Shown here: positions 28,160 through 38,348 of the stretch, one piece after another
How the letters are laid out: each line of letters begins with the position of its first letter
How positions within the stretch are numbered: position 1 is the stretch's first letter
DNA from: an uncultured Pseudobdellovibrionaceae bacterium
Lineage (GTDB): Bacteria; Bdellovibrionota; Bdellovibrionia; Bdellovibrionales; UBA1609
Assembly (NCBI GenBank): GCA_963803705.1
Contig: CAWDNU010000004.1
Span: forward strand, 64,001-128,000
DNA length: 64,000 nt
Reading direction: 5' to 3'
Program-made: the position numbers and the translations under genes
Notes under the pieces: generated by a model
What the model was told of the DNA's origin: nothing
The model's input: the letters and a program-made list of their open reading frames with translations, nothing else
Database searches by the model: none

Positions 28160-28825
28160 GTGCAACCACTTAGCTTAAAAACAATTTTAGTCCACTTACC
28201 AAGATCAACTTTTTTTGGTGTTTTGCTAGCCACATCTTTGGTTTATTTAGCTATAGATTTAGTCCCAATTTTGCAGATTTTTCCAAATGTGGAATCAAAG
28301 ATCGTTTTGGTATTGTGGCAAAGCCTACTGTGGATGGTTTACTCAGTTTTTATTTCATTTTACCTAAATTTTGAATTAGGCCGAGGTTTTGACCTCGTTG
28401 AAGATAAGAATTTTTTGTTTTTTATCTTAAAGTACTTTCCAGAGTTTTTAAGTTTAAAGCTTAGAACTTTGGTCAAGACAACACTTTGGGCCTTCTTATT
28501 TATCATACCTGGTTTTGTCATGATGCTTAGATATAGTTTAGGTGAATTAGTGGTTTTTTTTAGTCCCAATTTTTTAGATGATCGAACCCAAGACCCCTTA
28601 ACCATCTCTTCGGATATAGTTGGTTTTCACTTGCTACGCCTTACTTTGCTGGCTAGTTTATATTATGTACTGCCCACAGTGTTTGATTCGACATTTGATC
28701 ACGCGCACTTTATGTATGAGCCAAGATCTAGAGTTATACAGATCATTTTGTACTCTACTTTAAATTTGGTGACATATATTTATTTGTTTAAAATTTTTTT
28801 CAGAACTCAACAGTCCTCTATTTGA
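28160..28825 (+). CDS. Hypothetical multi-pass membrane protein
   Basis: Several hydrophobic segments; LFIIPGFVMMLRYSL pattern. Confidence 0.7.
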   Translation: MQPLSLKTILVHLPRSTFFGVLLATSLVYLAIDLVPILQIFPNVESKIVLVLWQSLLWMVYSVFISFYLNFELGRGFDLVEDKNFLFFILKYFPEFLSLKLRTLVKTTLWAFLFIIPGFVMMLRYSLGELVVFFSPNFLDDRTQDPLTISSDIVGFHLLRLTLLASLYYVLPTVFDSTFDHAHFMYEPRSRVIQIILYSTLNLVTYIYLFKIFFRTQQSSI

Positions 28826-28862
28826 AATTTTCATGCCAGGGACTTAAAGGAGATTATAATTT

Positions 28863-29912
28863 ATGTCTAGATATTTTAACCGCAAAGACTTGCCGGACGT
28901 GGGTTTAACATTTGATGACGTACTTTTAGTTCCAAACAAATCAACTATGAGATCTAGGCGTGACCCCATTTTGAAGTCTAGAATTACAAAGAAAATCACC
29001 AAAGAATTGCCTGTTATTTCTTCTAATATGGACACTATCACAGAAAAAGAGATGGTGATTGCCGTAGATCAGTTAGGCGGCTTTGGCATTCTGCACAGGT
29101 TCATGTCAGTGGACAGTCAGGTAAAGCAGGTGAAAGCCATTCTTGTAGCTGGAGTTAAAGATTTTTCTGCGAGTATAGGCGTGCAAGAGCAGGATTGGGA
29201 CAGAGCAGTTGCTTTAGTTGAAAACGGCGCCCCAGTTCTAACCGTTGATATTGCCCATGGACATAGTTTAGCCATGTTAGAAATGATAGAAAAAATAAAA
29301 AACAAATGGAGCCACATTGAGGTCGTAGCTGGAAACGTAGCGACTCCACAGGGAACTCTAGATTTAATCAATGCCGGAGCCGATGCCATTAAAGTCGGAA
29401 TTGGACCTGGATCGATGTGTACCACTAGGGTCATTACGGGTTGTGGAATGCCACAGTTAACAGCCGTTGCCATGTGCAGTTTAGAAGCCGATAAGCACGA
29501 TATTCCAGTCATCGCCGACGGTGGTATTAAAACCTCTGGTGACATCGTGAAGGCGTTATCATCTGGAGCCTGTAGTGTTATGCTAGGCTCCTTATTATCA
29601 GGCACACTTGAGACCCCGGGGCATATCGAAAAAGGACACAAATTATACCGCGGAATGGCGTCAAAATCTGCACAAGCCAGCTGGAGAGGTGGTGTTCCCA
29701 AAGGAATGGCAGCAGAAGGCGAATCCGTTAAAATACCAGTTAAAGGTCCGGTAGCCCTTGTTATTGAAGAATTAATGGGCGGATTAAGAAGCGGCATGAC
29801 TTATTTAAATGCATCGACCATCCCAGAAATTAAGGAAAATGCCAACTTTATGCGTATGACTTCTGCTGGATTCACTGAAAGTAGAGCCCATGGTTTAAAC
29901 ACTTCGTTATGA
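28863..29912 (+). CDS. IMPDH/GMP reductase family protein lacking CBS domains (possibly GMP reductase)
   Basis: LTFDDVLLVP, SNMDT, VGIGPGSMCTTR, IADGGI and YRGMAS motifs. Confidence 0.88.
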   Translation: MSRYFNRKDLPDVGLTFDDVLLVPNKSTMRSRRDPILKSRITKKITKELPVISSNMDTITEKEMVIAVDQLGGFGILHRFMSVDSQVKQVKAILVAGVKDFSASIGVQEQDWDRAVALVENGAPVLTVDIAHGHSLAMLEMIEKIKNKWSHIEVVAGNVATPQGTLDLINAGADAIKVGIGPGSMCTTRVITGCGMPQLTAVAMCSLEADKHDIPVIADGGIKTSGDIVKALSSGACSVMLGSLLSGTLETPGHIEKGHKLYRGMASKSAQASWRGGVPKGMAAEGESVKIPVKGPVALVIEELMGGLRSGMTYLNASTIPEIKENANFMRMTSAGFTESRAHGLNTSL

Positions 29913-30772
29913 TTGTCGATGATTCCCGCCCTATTGGTGTGTTTGACTCTGGCGTCGGAGGTCTAAGCGTTTTAAAGGAGCTAACTAAAACATTTCCAAA
30001 CGAAAGTTTTGTTTATTTGGGCGACACTGCAAGGCTTCCTTACGGCTCGAAATCTGCGCAGACGATTAAAAAATATGTGCTACAAAATATTAAATACTTA
30101 ATCAAATTCCAAGATATAAAAGCTGTTGTTATTGCATGTAACTCTGCATCTACTGTTTTATCTGACCTCGAATTTTGGGAAGATCTACCTTTATTTGGTG
30201 TTATAGAACCTGGAGCAAAGGTAGCTGTGGCAACTACTAAAAATAAAAAAATTGCAGTTTGGGCTACTCGTGCAACCACTTTGCAAGGTAGTTACGAAAA
30301 AGCTATAAATTTTTATGATTCCAAAATACAGTGTACCACGATTGCTTGCCCCTTGTTGGTGCCATTGGTTGAAGACGGACATTGGGAAGGGCCTATCGTC
30401 GACAGTATTATAGATTTGTATTTGATGAAAATGAACAAGACAGAAGCTGACACATTAATTTTAGGCTGCACCCACTACCCGTTTATTAAGAACACTATCG
30501 AAAAAAGGATACATCACCACTGCAGCTCAAAGCATGCCGATAAAGTTGTTAGTTTAAATCCAAAGCTAAAGATTGTAGATTCCGCCAAGTCATTATGTGG
30601 TGATTTAAAACTAAGTTTTAATAGTGGTTTAATAAAAAAATCAGCAAAAGATCAAAGCTTAAGCTTTTTATTCACAGATGAAGCCACGCATTTTATGGAC
30701 TTGGCACTGAAAAGCACATTAGACTGGAAAAATATCAAATTTCAATTGATAGATCTGCATCAGATTGTATAA
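29909..30772 (+). CDS. murI: Glutamate racemase
   Basis: FDSGVGGL, PYGSK, IACNSAS and LGCTHYP motifs. Confidence 0.95.
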   Translation: MIVDDSRPIGVFDSGVGGLSVLKELTKTFPNESFVYLGDTARLPYGSKSAQTIKKYVLQNIKYLIKFQDIKAVVIACNSASTVLSDLEFWEDLPLFGVIEPGAKVAVATTKNKKIAVWATRATTLQGSYEKAINFYDSKIQCTTIACPLLVPLVEDGHWEGPIVDSIIDLYLMKMNKTEADTLILGCTHYPFIKNTIEKRIHHHCSSKHADKVVSLNPKLKIVDSAKSLCGDLKLSFNSGLIKKSAKDQSLSFLFTDEATHFMDLALKSTLDWKNIKFQLIDLHQIV

Positions 30773-30781
30773 GTAAGGCCT

Positions 30782-31450
30782 ATGAAAACTTTAGTGGTAG
30801 GACACACTGTCCAAAAAAAGCCGATTCTTGCACACACATGGGATAATAAAAGCTCTGTAAATATTCTTATGCTTGGCGGAGTGCATGGGGATGAAATTGA
30901 AGGTGTTACTGCGTGCATGGGAATTCTAAATGAACTGATTGAAAGCAATCCCTTTACGTTTAATTTGACCCTGGTACCTTGCTTAAATTTAGATGGGCTT
31001 TTTGCGAACACCAGGCAAAACGCTAATGGCGTTGATCTAAATCGTAATTTATCAACTAGGGATTGGTCTGCCGAAATCACTAAAATTAGATATTACCCCG
31101 GTAAAAAGCCTTTAAGTGAACCCGAAAATCAGACCCTGGTTCGAATTTTAGACGAAAAAAAATATAATTTTATTTTTACCCTTCATAGCTGGAAACCAAT
31201 GCTAAATGTAAATGGTGACTGCAGCCCAATGGCCGATGTAATTTCTGAAAAAGTTGGCTATAAAATAGTACCAGATATTGGCTACCCTACTCCGGGTAGT
31301 TTGGGTGCTTTTGGATTTAATGATCGCAATATACCCACGTTAACCTACGAACTTGAAAAAGGAATGGACCAAGAAGAAATTATTACCAAACATGTTCCTG
31401 CATTAATCTTAGCCCTGAAAGCTTGTGAATCCCGGTTTTGCAGGCCATAA
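30782..31450 (+). CDS. mpaA: Murein peptide amidase A (M14)
   Basis: GVHGDE, NANGVDLNRN, SEPE, LHS, GYPTPGSLG and TYEL motifs. Confidence 0.85.
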   Translation: MKTLVVGHTVQKKPILAHTWDNKSSVNILMLGGVHGDEIEGVTACMGILNELIESNPFTFNLTLVPCLNLDGLFANTRQNANGVDLNRNLSTRDWSAEITKIRYYPGKKPLSEPENQTLVRILDEKKYNFIFTLHSWKPMLNVNGDCSPMADVISEKVGYKIVPDIGYPTPGSLGAFGFNDRNIPTLTYELEKGMDQEEIITKHVPALILALKACESRFCRP

Positions 31451-31492
31451 GTGCGTTAGCAATGAAGCCGCCACCGCGCGGAGGAGAGTAAA

Positions 31493-32326
31493 ATGACAAA
31501 CGTAGATCAACTTAAAACTAGTATCGAAGCCTGCTTCGAAGAGGTTTCAAAGGGCTTAAAATTTGACGAAATTTCAAAGCAAGATATAGATAATATTAAA
31601 TATGCCATAGATCTTTTAGATCAGGGTGAGATCCGTGTTTGTAACAAAACCACCGAGGGTTGGTCCATTAATCAATGGATTAAAAAAGCCATACTTTTAT
31701 ATTTCAAGATAAAAAAGATGAAAGTCATGGACATGGGGCTCTTCAAATTTGTAGATAAGATTCCACTAAAAGCCTGGTCCGGTGCCGAGGGCGTCAGAGT
31801 CGTGCCTCATGCGTTAGTAAGAAAAGGTGCTTTTATCAGCGCAGGTGCAGTTTTGATGCCTAGCTATGTAAATATCGGAGCATTTGTAGGTTCAGGCACT
31901 ATGGTCGACACCTGGGCCACTGTCGGCTCTTGCGCCCAAATTGGCGCAAACGTCCATCTGTCTGGTGGCGTAGGTATCGGCGGGGTATTAGAGCCTCTTC
32001 AAGCCTCGCCCGTCATTGTTGAAGATAATGTTTTTATAGGAAGCAGGTCGATCATTGTAGAGGGTGCGCTTATAGAAGATGGTGCTGTTATCGGTGCAGG
32101 CGTCACCATTACAGGTAGTACGCGAATTATCGATGTCTCTGGACCTGAAGAGAAAGTCCACCGTGGTTTTGTGCCAAGAAACTCGATTGTAATACCTGGT
32201 CAATCACCGAAAAAATTTGCTAGTGGAACTTATATGATACCAAGTGCTTTGATTATAGGAAAAAGAAACGCAAAAACGGATCTTAAAACATCACTAAATT
32301 CCGCACTCAGAGACGTAGAAGCTTAG
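31493..32326 (+). CDS. dapD: Tetrahydrodipicolinate N-succinyltransferase
   Basis: NQWIKKAILL, DKIPLK, MVDTWATVGSCAQIG and GGVLEPLQA motifs. Confidence 0.95.
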   Translation: MTNVDQLKTSIEACFEEVSKGLKFDEISKQDIDNIKYAIDLLDQGEIRVCNKTTEGWSINQWIKKAILLYFKIKKMKVMDMGLFKFVDKIPLKAWSGAEGVRVVPHALVRKGAFISAGAVLMPSYVNIGAFVGSGTMVDTWATVGSCAQIGANVHLSGGVGIGGVLEPLQASPVIVEDNVFIGSRSIIVEGALIEDGAVIGAGVTITGSTRIIDVSGPEEKVHRGFVPRNSIVIPGQSPKKFASGTYMIPSALIIGKRNAKTDLKTSLNSALRDVEA

Positions 32327-32332
32327 AAGATA

Positions 32333-33211
32333 TCAGTAGGTATAACCACAAGTTTTTCGGGCAGCCTTTGCAATTTTCATCTGGCCAATCACACTTATTA
32401 GACTTTGTCCTAAGGCTGAATCTACTTCTACTGTGTACTTGGTTTTATTGTCGATCTCTAACATAATGGGGTTAGTTGGATTGGCAGAAGCTAGGCCGCG
32501 AGAACCAGAAAGATTTTCATTTTTGTAAACTTCATCAATACTAAACATGGCTGTTAGAAGTTTACTTGAAGGCGCATAGGTCATTCCTGTGTAATTGCAA
32601 AACGCTTCGTCTTGATTCTTTACAATTTTAACGGGTTGCTCTTCCAAAGACATATTTACCTTCTCTTTAATTATATCTATTGTAAAAGTCTGGACAAATT
32701 TTGAACCTAACTTAGTTTTGCGAAAGACTTCTGCTTTAACCTTTTTAAAACTCCATCTTTTTTGTCCATCACATTCAATAATTTTTACATCATGATTTCT
32801 TTTAGTTTTTTCCATAAGCTCAAAAAAGTTTTTAGATTCGTTTTGAGTTAATGTATGGCTCTGACCTTTGTACTCAACTTTTAAATTTTTTGCAGCGCTT
32901 TCAGAAGCTGTTTTTCTTTTGTCCCGAACTTTCGAAAAGGCAAAAAACCATTCTTTTTCAGAATTAGTGTCTAAGATAAAGCCTCTTTTACAAAAGGAAT
33001 TAGTGCTATTGGTGATTTCGACTTGTGTTTCGTTGCCAGCCTTAAAGTTCCATTTAAGAAAACTCTTCCCACTTTGATCAGCAACATCTAATCTTGCGTT
33101 AGATTGCAAGCGAACTTCTCTAAAATTTTTATTTTGAGATGCACAGTTTTGATATAAGATTGCAGCGATTAATAGACTACCGGCAGCTAACAGTTGTTTT
33201 GAATGTTTCAT
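32333..33211 (-). CDS. Hypothetical lipoprotein with YQNC-type signal
   Basis: AAILYQNC lipobox-like signal; RGLAS motif; start placed at MKHSK, ORF open from 33220. Confidence 0.7.
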   Translation of the reverse strand: MKHSKQLLAAGSLLIAAILYQNCASQNKNFREVRLQSNARLDVADQSGKSFLKWNFKAGNETQVEITNSTNSFCKRGFILDTNSEKEWFFAFSKVRDKRKTASESAAKNLKVEYKGQSHTLTQNESKNFFELMEKTKRNHDVKIIECDGQKRWSFKKVKAEVFRKTKLGSKFVQTFTIDIIKEKVNMSLEEQPVKIVKNQDEAFCNYTGMTYAPSSKLLTAMFSIDEVYKNENLSGSRGLASANPTNPIMLEIDNKTKYTVEVDSALGQSLISVIGQMKIAKAARKTCGYTY

Positions 33212-33389
33212 ACTGATCATTTCGACCTTTTAGTAAAAATCATTAACCCCCTAAACATTTTTTTAGTTCAAAACAGTCTCAATAGGAAACACAAATTACA
33301 TTATGGCGAATTTGTTTGGCCAAACTAGACCTAGGTTAGGAAATACAAAGAAGGAAAAATAAGACATTTAAAAACCAGGCTTAAAATCA

Positions 33390-34586
33390 TTACGCAGCGA
33401 CTGATTTTAAAGCGTCGCTTGGTTTTAGTCTTGAAATATTAAATAAAGGAACTATTAAACTTAAAACGCAAATTATGATACAGATGCATAAAACCAATAA
33501 AATTAATTGTAAATCCACTCGTGCAGGAAGGTAGGGATCTTGATAAACATCTGGCATGATCTTCAGTGGTGAGGCTTCTATATACTTTGCAATTAGAAAA
33601 CCCGGAACAAATCCAAGCAAGACTCCTATCGAGCTTAGCAAGAAACCTATAAGCCCAAAAATCATTCGAATCCGAACTTTCGACAAGCCCATTGTCATTA
33701 AGATCCCAATATCTTGCCTTTTTTGGTGAAGTAACAAAAGAAGCACTGTCATCATAGAAAAGCTTGTGATTAAGACGCTCATTATTAAAAAGAAACCCAA
33801 TGCCATGCGCTCTAATTTTAGCGCAAACAGAAGGCTTGAGTTTCTTTCCTGCCAAGTCTGTATATCCTCATAACCCATAGTAGATAAAAGATTTTTAACT
33901 CTCAGAGATTCTAAAGGATCGATCAATAAGATTTCATAACCTTTTTTTAGCCCACGACTGTCAGGTGTCACTACTGAATCTAAAGAATAAATGACCGTGT
34001 TAGCATTTTGAGACGAAGTCAATTGAGTAAAAAAAACCCCAGCTAACTGAAATGACGATATTTTCATTTCAGCACCCAATGGTTGTAGTAGTGCTGATGG
34101 CGCAATTACATCAATATAATCACCCTCTAAAGCTTTTAATGATTTAGCCAAATCAAAGTTAAAAATTAACTCGTTTTTTCTTAAAACCTGTCTTCCATCT
34201 AAGCGAATTAAATTGGATTTGATAACTTCTGTGATTCTTTCAGCTGAAAAGCCTCTGGCCTCTGCACCTTGAAAGCTTCCGTTAGCTGATCTTAAAATAA
34301 TATCTTGTGATTCAAATTTATATACATCTTTAAACTTTACTCTTTTTAAAGATAAAAAATCTTTAATCTCTTTAAGGCTTTTTTTATCAGTGTAAACGAC
34401 CAGATGAGGTTCGTAACTTAGTAGCCTGTCCCTTATATTATCATTAAACCCCGCCATGATGCTTAACACTAAAATTAATCCGAAAACACCAACTGCCATA
34501 GCGCTAATGCTTAACCAAGACATTACCTTTACAGTGCTTCCAGATTTCTTTGACAAGAAGTAGGCCCTAAATAGTCTTAGTGTCAT
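33390..34586 (-). CDS. LolC/E-family lipoprotein-releasing ABC permease
   Basis: VLSIMAGF, PHL, TWQERNSSLLFALKLE, DIGILMTMG and PSDALK motifs. Confidence 0.85.
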   Translation of the reverse strand: MTLRLFRAYFLSKKSGSTVKVMSWLSISAMAVGVFGLILVLSIMAGFNDNIRDRLLSYEPHLVVYTDKKSLKEIKDFLSLKRVKFKDVYKFESQDIILRSANGSFQGAEARGFSAERITEVIKSNLIRLDGRQVLRKNELIFNFDLAKSLKALEGDYIDVIAPSALLQPLGAEMKISSFQLAGVFFTQLTSSQNANTVIYSLDSVVTPDSRGLKKGYEILLIDPLESLRVKNLLSTMGYEDIQTWQERNSSLLFALKLERMALGFFLIMSVLITSFSMMTVLLLLLHQKRQDIGILMTMGLSKVRIRMIFGLIGFLLSSIGVLLGFVPGFLIAKYIEASPLKIMPDVYQDPYLPARVDLQLILLVLCICIIICVLSLIVPLFNISRLKPSDALKSVAA

Positions 34587-34595
34587 TAAAATTTC

Positions 34596-35156
34596 CTAAA
34601 ACCAAAGGTTGTAAAAGACAGTTTTCAAAGCCTCATAAAAAATATCTTCAAAGCTTTGGTCAGAGTATACGCTATGAACTTCAAAAACCAGCTCGTTTGA
34701 GAATTTTTTAAACAGCCTTTTAGCCCGTGGCATGTGCAACTCCGAAGTTACCAGAATCACTTTCTGGCACCGCAAATTTTTAAGCAAAGGCAAGCTATGA
34801 ACAACATTGCCATATGTGGTGCGCGAGTTATTTTCAATAATTACATTGAATCTTTGAACACCAGGATAAATATCGATTTGAGGAAAAACATCGTCAATTG
34901 TCACTTTAGGGTTTACTCCGGAAATGATTAGTTTTCGCACATCCCCACGTTGCAGCAAATCAAAACCGGCACGTATGCGACCCGGTCCTCCGGTCAGAAC
35001 CAATGCACAATCGCCTTTCACTGATGTGGTCCAAGAAGTAACTGGTAATGACCTCAGTAAAAAAACTTCATAGAGTATCCAGCTAAGCAGCATTAAAGCC
35101 ATGAAGCAAATAAGTGTAAAAAATAATTTGGTTGATTTAATCCAACTCATTTGCAC
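34596..35156 (-). CDS. YdcF/DUF218 family protein
   Basis: VLTGG..RI, IISGV, SRTTYGN and VTSELHMPRA motifs. Confidence 0.88.
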   Translation of the reverse strand: MQMSWIKSTKLFFTLICFMALMLLSWILYEVFLLRSLPVTSWTTSVKGDCALVLTGGPGRIRAGFDLLQRGDVRKLIISGVNPKVTIDDVFPQIDIYPGVQRFNVIIENNSRTTYGNVVHSLPLLKNLRCQKVILVTSELHMPRAKRLFKKFSNELVFEVHSVYSDQSFEDIFYEALKTVFYNLWF

Positions 35157-35188
35157 CTAAAGAAACTTGTTACTTTATAAATTTCAGA

Positions 35189-35572
35189 TTAAAGAAATGA
35201 AGCTAAAACTTCCACTTCGACATCGACACCTTTCGGAAGCTCTTTTACGGCAACGCAGGATCTTGCCGGGGGATTTTCTTTAAAATACTTTTCATACACG
35301 GAGTTCATTTTAGGAAAGTTGGCCATATCTGTGATGAAAATAGTAGATTTAATAATATTTCCATATCCAAGACCCGCCTCTTTTAACACTGCCCCAACAT
35401 TTTTCATTACAAGCTCGGTCTGTTGCTCAATACTTTGTTTTACGACTTCGTTGGTCTGGGGCTCAATCGGTATTTGGCCCGAACAATAAAGCATATCTCC
35501 AACTTTTATAGCTTGAGAGTAAGGTCCTACCGGATGAGGAGCATTCGTCGTATAAATAATTTTTTTCGTCAC
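35189..35572 (-). CDS. ridA: RidA family enamine/imine deaminase
   Basis: GPYSQAI, SGQIP, PPARSCVAV and LPKGVDVEVE motifs. Confidence 0.93.
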   Translation of the reverse strand: MTKKIIYTTNAPHPVGPYSQAIKVGDMLYCSGQIPIEPQTNEVVKQSIEQQTELVMKNVGAVLKEAGLGYGNIIKSTIFITDMANFPKMNSVYEKYFKENPPARSCVAVKELPKGVDVEVEVLASFL

Positions 35573-35776
35573 GTGGTTCTTCCTTCGTTGAAAATTTTTA
35601 TTTCGCTGCTTTGATTTTTTTAAAAAGCAGCTTTATCTAATTATTTTTGAAATACGTAGTTATTAGTATTGTTCAGTTAGCTTTAAAAGGCATTTGATTT
35701 TTAAGTTTGGCCCATTGGGACTTAGGCTTTCGAAAATAAAGCTTTATTTTAAATATTAGGCAACCAACAATAAATA

Positions 35777-36517
35777 TTATGTTTCTTTCTTAGAGAGCGC
35801 TACAAAGAATATTTCTTTTGATATTTGTCTGGTAGCTTTTGGTTTGATCACATTTACTTTTTTGAAAGCGCTTTTCAGCTTATTTTGGAAGTCTTTAAAA
35901 TCCTCGGAGTGAAATAATTTACAAATGAAAATTCCGTTTGTTTTTAAGTGCTTGTCTGCAACACTTAAAGCCATTTCGCAAAGTTCTAGTGATCGTGTTT
36001 GATCAGTTAATTTAATTCCTGTAGTTTTAGGCGCCATATCTGACATAACCACTTCAAAACTTTCCAGGGTGCGTAAGCCTGACTGATGCTCAACGGAGTT
36101 GAAGGTGCGTAAGCCTGATTGCTGCTCGACGGAGTTGAGGGTGCTTAAGCCTGATTGCTGCTCAACGGAGTTGAGTCTAGGTAGATCTGACTGACTTGAA
36201 CCAGATTTCAGATTCTTAGCTTCTTGAAGCAAGTCTAAAATATTGCAATTTAAAATATCTGCTTGGATAAAAACTGAATTGTTAAGCTTTAATTTAATTT
36301 CAGTTAAATCAAGGCCCAGTAAAAACCCTTTTGGACCTATCTTTTCAGATGCATACTGAGACCATGAACCCGGCGCTGCACCCAAGTCTAAAATATTCTG
36401 TCCTGATTTAAAAATTTTATACTTTTGGTCCATCTCTTTAAGTTTAAAAACTGATCGAGCCGCATAATTTTCGTCTTTAGCTTTTTTTGTATAGTAGTCT
36501 TTTGAATTGTAACCCAT
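35777..36517 (-). CDS. rlmE: 23S rRNA Um2552 methyltransferase with internal repeat insertion
   Basis: ARSVFKL, LDLGAAPGSW, SDMAP and KPKATR..SKE motifs. Confidence 0.92.
   Translation of the reverse strand: MGYNSKDYYTKKAKDENYAARSVFKLKEMDQKYKIFKSGQNILDLGAAPGSWSQYASEKIGPKGFLLGLDLTEIKLKLNNSVFIQADILNCNILDLLQEAKNLKSGSSQSDLPRLNSVEQQSGLSTLNSVEQQSGLRTFNSVEHQSGLRTLESFEVVMSDMAPKTTGIKLTDQTRSLELCEMALSVADKHLKTNGIFICKLFHSEDFKDFQNKLKSAFKKVNVIKPKATRQISKEIFFVALSKKET
36066..36175 (-). repeat. In-frame 36-bp tandem repeat x3 inside rlmE
   Basis: Encodes LNSVEQQSGLST / LNSVEQQSGLRT / FNSVEHQSGLRT. Confidence 0.92.
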
Positions 36518-36543
36518 AATGCAGTGTTAACAGTTTTAACTCT

Positions 36544-37320
36544 TTGAGGCCACGAATGACTTTAATTTTAAGTTCGATTGTTCTTAAATTTGTACTTTTT
36601 TTGTTTTGTTACGCCCTAATTCTTTACCGAAAGAAAATGGTCCTTGTGGATATATTTTGGGGCCTAAGCTTTTTGCCCGAATTTTTTATAGCCTTCATAT
36701 TTAAAGGTTTTACTCACGGAAACATAATTTTGTTTTTGATGGTGCTTCTGTGGTCTATAAGACTAAGCTTTCACCTTGGTGTAAGAGCTAGTCAAAAAAA
36801 GGAAGACATTAGGTACTTAAAATTTGCAAAAAATTGGCCTTCAGATAAATTTAATTCAAAAGTCTTTACCAAGATTATTTTAACTCAGTTCGCAGTTTCA
36901 GTTCTAATGTCGACTTGCTTTTACGTTTACTTATTTGCCCCTTCTTTTGGCTGGTCTGCACCGTTTTGGAATGTTCCGCTTCTGATTCTATTTTTAATAG
37001 GCTTTACAATAGAGGTTTTAGCTGATGAATCCCTACGTAGGTTCAAAAACAAGCCTGAAAATAAGGACTTCACCTACACAGGCAGTGTCTGGAAAGTTTT
37101 AAGATACCCTAATTATTTAGGCGAGATTATGATATGGATAAGCTTTGGACTTCTGGCCTTACCATTTACCTATGGGTGGCTGGCGTTAGTGTCGCCGATT
37201 ACTATCACATATTTTTTAACCTATGTGACTGGAATACCTTATCTTGAAACTAGACGATCAAAAAGAATTCCGAAACCAAATTTAAGACCAAAAAAGTATT
37301 ACATTCCATTCGTCTTTTAG
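36544..37320 (+). CDS. DUF1295 / steroid 5-alpha-reductase-like membrane protein
   Basis: VDIFWG, EDIRY, EVLAD, RYPNYLGE and TGIPYLE motifs. Confidence 0.88.
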   Translation: MRPRMTLILSSIVLKFVLFLFCYALILYRKKMVLVDIFWGLSFLPEFFIAFIFKGFTHGNIILFLMVLLWSIRLSFHLGVRASQKKEDIRYLKFAKNWPSDKFNSKVFTKIILTQFAVSVLMSTCFYVYLFAPSFGWSAPFWNVPLLILFLIGFTIEVLADESLRRFKNKPENKDFTYTGSVWKVLRYPNYLGEIMIWISFGLLALPFTYGWLALVSPITITYFLTYVTGIPYLETRRSKRIPKPNLRPKKYYIPFVF

Positions 37321-37458
37321 CTATTAACACAGTATTTAGAACGCTCAATTTTTAAGAGGCATAAAATTGCTTTTCTTTGATTAAACAATCGGCCATAACC
37401 GGGTAGCATTTTTATAATAAATAAATTTTATTAAATTATCTTAGTAAGAAAATCAAAT

Positions 37459-38043
37459 CTAAAGCTGCTCATCCAGCTGAACTACTGCGGTTTCACCGGT
37501 GATCGTGCATTCGCCTATACCAGGGAATTCTGTTGGAATTCCGCCAGCGCCACCGTTCCATTCCAATTCTTTATTCATCTGTGTTTGAAAAGTTGCAACG
37601 GGCACACCCACAGGCCCCTCATCATCGCAGTTGCTAAAAAGCTCTGCATTTACTGAAAATACATCAGACACATTTAAATCGCCATCTTTAGTAAAAAAAG
37701 CTTCTCCTTGAGAATCCAAAACTTTAATCATAGAAATGGAATTTGCGGGTCCCGATCCTTGCACCATTTTTCTTTCACCACTGGGAAAGCTAAAAGCGTT
37801 GTCACAGTCTGAAATAGTATAATCGGTCTCGCCAGTAAACATTGTGTCTGTGAAATTAGTTTCATTTCTGTAAGTGACCACAACTTTCAAGTTAGAATAA
37901 CTGCTTGGGTCAGATGTCATAAGCGAGGCAACAATTGTATTACTTGAAGTCAGTGACTCGCATAGCGAGGCCAAAATCTCTTCAAGGCAACCAGTTAATA
38001 GTAGACTTGAAATAAGTATCATCGAAACAAAAAATTTTTTCAT
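37459..38043 (-). CDS. Hypothetical acidic lipoprotein
   Basis: LLTGC lipobox. Confidence 0.75.
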   Translation of the reverse strand: MKKFFVSMILISSLLLTGCLEEILASLCESLTSSNTIVASLMTSDPSSYSNLKVVVTYRNETNFTDTMFTGETDYTISDCDNAFSFPSGERKMVQGSGPANSISMIKVLDSQGEAFFTKDGDLNVSDVFSVNAELFSNCDDEGPVGVPVATFQTQMNKELEWNGGAGGIPTEFPGIGECTITGETAVVQLDEQL

Positions 38044-38072
38044 AAGACGCCCCAGACAAAGTTTATAAGAAC

Positions 38073-38098
38073 TTGTCGGTCATTGCACACGAGACTGA
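38073..38098 (-). promoter_or_regulatory. Sigma28/FliA-like promoter
   Basis: TCAG-N14-ACCGACAA upstream of the 38043 start. Confidence 0.5.
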
Positions 38099-38348
38099 AT
38101 AAAATTTGATAAATAAAAAATAATTGATATCATTTATATACATTAGATAACTGGTCTTGTTTTAAATACCTGTAGAGCCAAATGATTGTTACACATGTGT
38201 AGAAAATGTTAGTAAAATTTTGAAAGTATCCCCAATTGATACACCACCGAAAATGCTTATCATGGCAACGTTGATTCGAATGATAAATAAATGTTGATCT
38301 AAATATTATCTAGATTTTTTTTGACTATTTTCCTCATTAATTTCAGTA

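Noticed and set aside
29117..29797. 226-aa minus-strand ORF
   Set aside because: Antisense shadow of the GuaB/GMPR-family gene with no motifs; the same applies to the other short ORFs nested antisense to recognised genes
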